NCBI GenBank assembly: GCA_051294905.1 | Contig: CM119372.1 | Coordinates: 3,350,001 to 3,414,000, forward strand | DNA: 64,000 nt | Source: Botryllus schlosseri | Taxonomy: Eukaryota | Direction of reading: 5' to 3' | In this document: positions 63,144-64,000 of the stretch, one piece after another | How positions within the stretch are numbered: the stretch's first letter is position 1 | How the letters are laid out: each line of letters begins with the position of its first letter | The notes under the pieces: model-generated | The model's input: the letters and a program-made list of their open reading frames with translations, nothing else | The model's database searches: none | Told to the model about the DNA's origin: nothing | Program-made: the position numbers and the translations under genes

Positions 63144-63582
63144 AAAAGCGATGATATATTACGCTGAGCTAAAATTGTCGGATTTCCTTCAAAGCTAGGT
63201 CAATATCATATTGTTTACGGAAGAGGGCGCCACAAGGTCGTGCTCAAAATGTCCAGTCCATGCAGAAGGTGAGACAGTGGTTATCACTGGGGTTCAAACA
63301 AACCCCAGGGGTCCGCCGAGCGCCGAACCAGTTTCAGAGGATAACTGGGAGTCAATACACACCGACTCATACAGTAAAAGTAACACTGATTTACAGAAAA
63401 TATTAATTACACTGTTTTTGTTTCGAGTGAAAATCATGTTCTAATACTGTCTTGCTTTTTTAACACAGTTGTTGATGCACACTTCATTCTGTGCACCGGT
63501 ATTCTGTTGTAACGTGGTGTAATGCGATTGATTTTTGTTTTCGTGACTCTGCGAAAATTCAGGTTTCGTCGATGGCTTACAG

Positions 63583-64000
63583 CAGGGGTTCTCAACCCGC
63601 GGCCCGCGGGCCGCATGCGGCCCGCAGACGTATATTTTGTGGCCCGCGACATCTTTCATCGTAAACGCAATTACTAATGACACGGTATTGTTACAAATTA
63701 ATTTAGATACTTGGCTCTTTTATCGCACCGTCTCTGTTTCGTTTCATTACTCATTCTTGAAGACAGTGGTTCTCAAATTGGGGGCACGCGCCCTCTTTGG
63801 TGCGTGAAGCATCTGAAGGGGGCGCGAAGGTGCGTTCAACTGAAAAAAATTTCGCGCTGCGCGCAATTTATCCCTAATTCACTGTTATTTCTCTGCGTAT
63901 AGTCCGAATTTCATATTTGAGAATTCTCTGATCAACGGCTATAGCCTTCCATGCCATCAAACTAGCCGTTTGTATTGCTAGCATTCTGGTTGCATTTTGT
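63583..64000. mobile_element. Left end of Charlie-type MITE with a second nested left end at 63764
   Basis: caggggttctcaacccgcggcccgcgggccgcatgcggcccgc; cagtggttctcaaa at 63764 is homologous to 29694-29900. Confidence 0.75.

Overview
Eukaryotic, intron-containing, AT-rich invertebrate DNA. A tunicate/ascidian-like genome is my inference from gene style and repeat content; it is not proven. Host genes: (1) three tandem classical short-chain dehydrogenase/reductase (SDR) paralogues on the minus strand. One is intact (2 exons, 257 aa, 25782-24176); the copies at 14728-11078 and 8538-7236 are pseudogenes. (2) A multi-exon + strand gene for a probably secreted protein with one EGF and two calcium-binding EGF domains (~31672-41094). 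(3) A convergent minus-strand gene for a small type II single-pass membrane protein with no domain I recognise (50761-45773). Much of the rest is transposon-derived: a full-length but frameshifted hATm-type element with 141-bp TIRs (15133-18563), a 5'-truncated CR1/L2-group LINE, 3' fragments of a second LINE family, two tRNA-derived SINE families, two other hAT transposase relics, and about 20 non-autonomous hAT elements, most with 8-bp target-site duplications (TSDs) and several deeply nested. The most notable hidden signals are a decayed + strand gene of unknown family, present twice and paired tail-to-tail with two of the SDR copies, and a hAT-like transposase remnant resembling a family I recall mainly from oomycetes, red algae and mosses. 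Also notable are a ~0.4-kb LINE tail scattered over 8.2 kb by nested insertions, and MITE families that each carry their own subterminal motif array while sharing internal modules. No CRISPR, rRNA or bona fide tRNA gene was seen.
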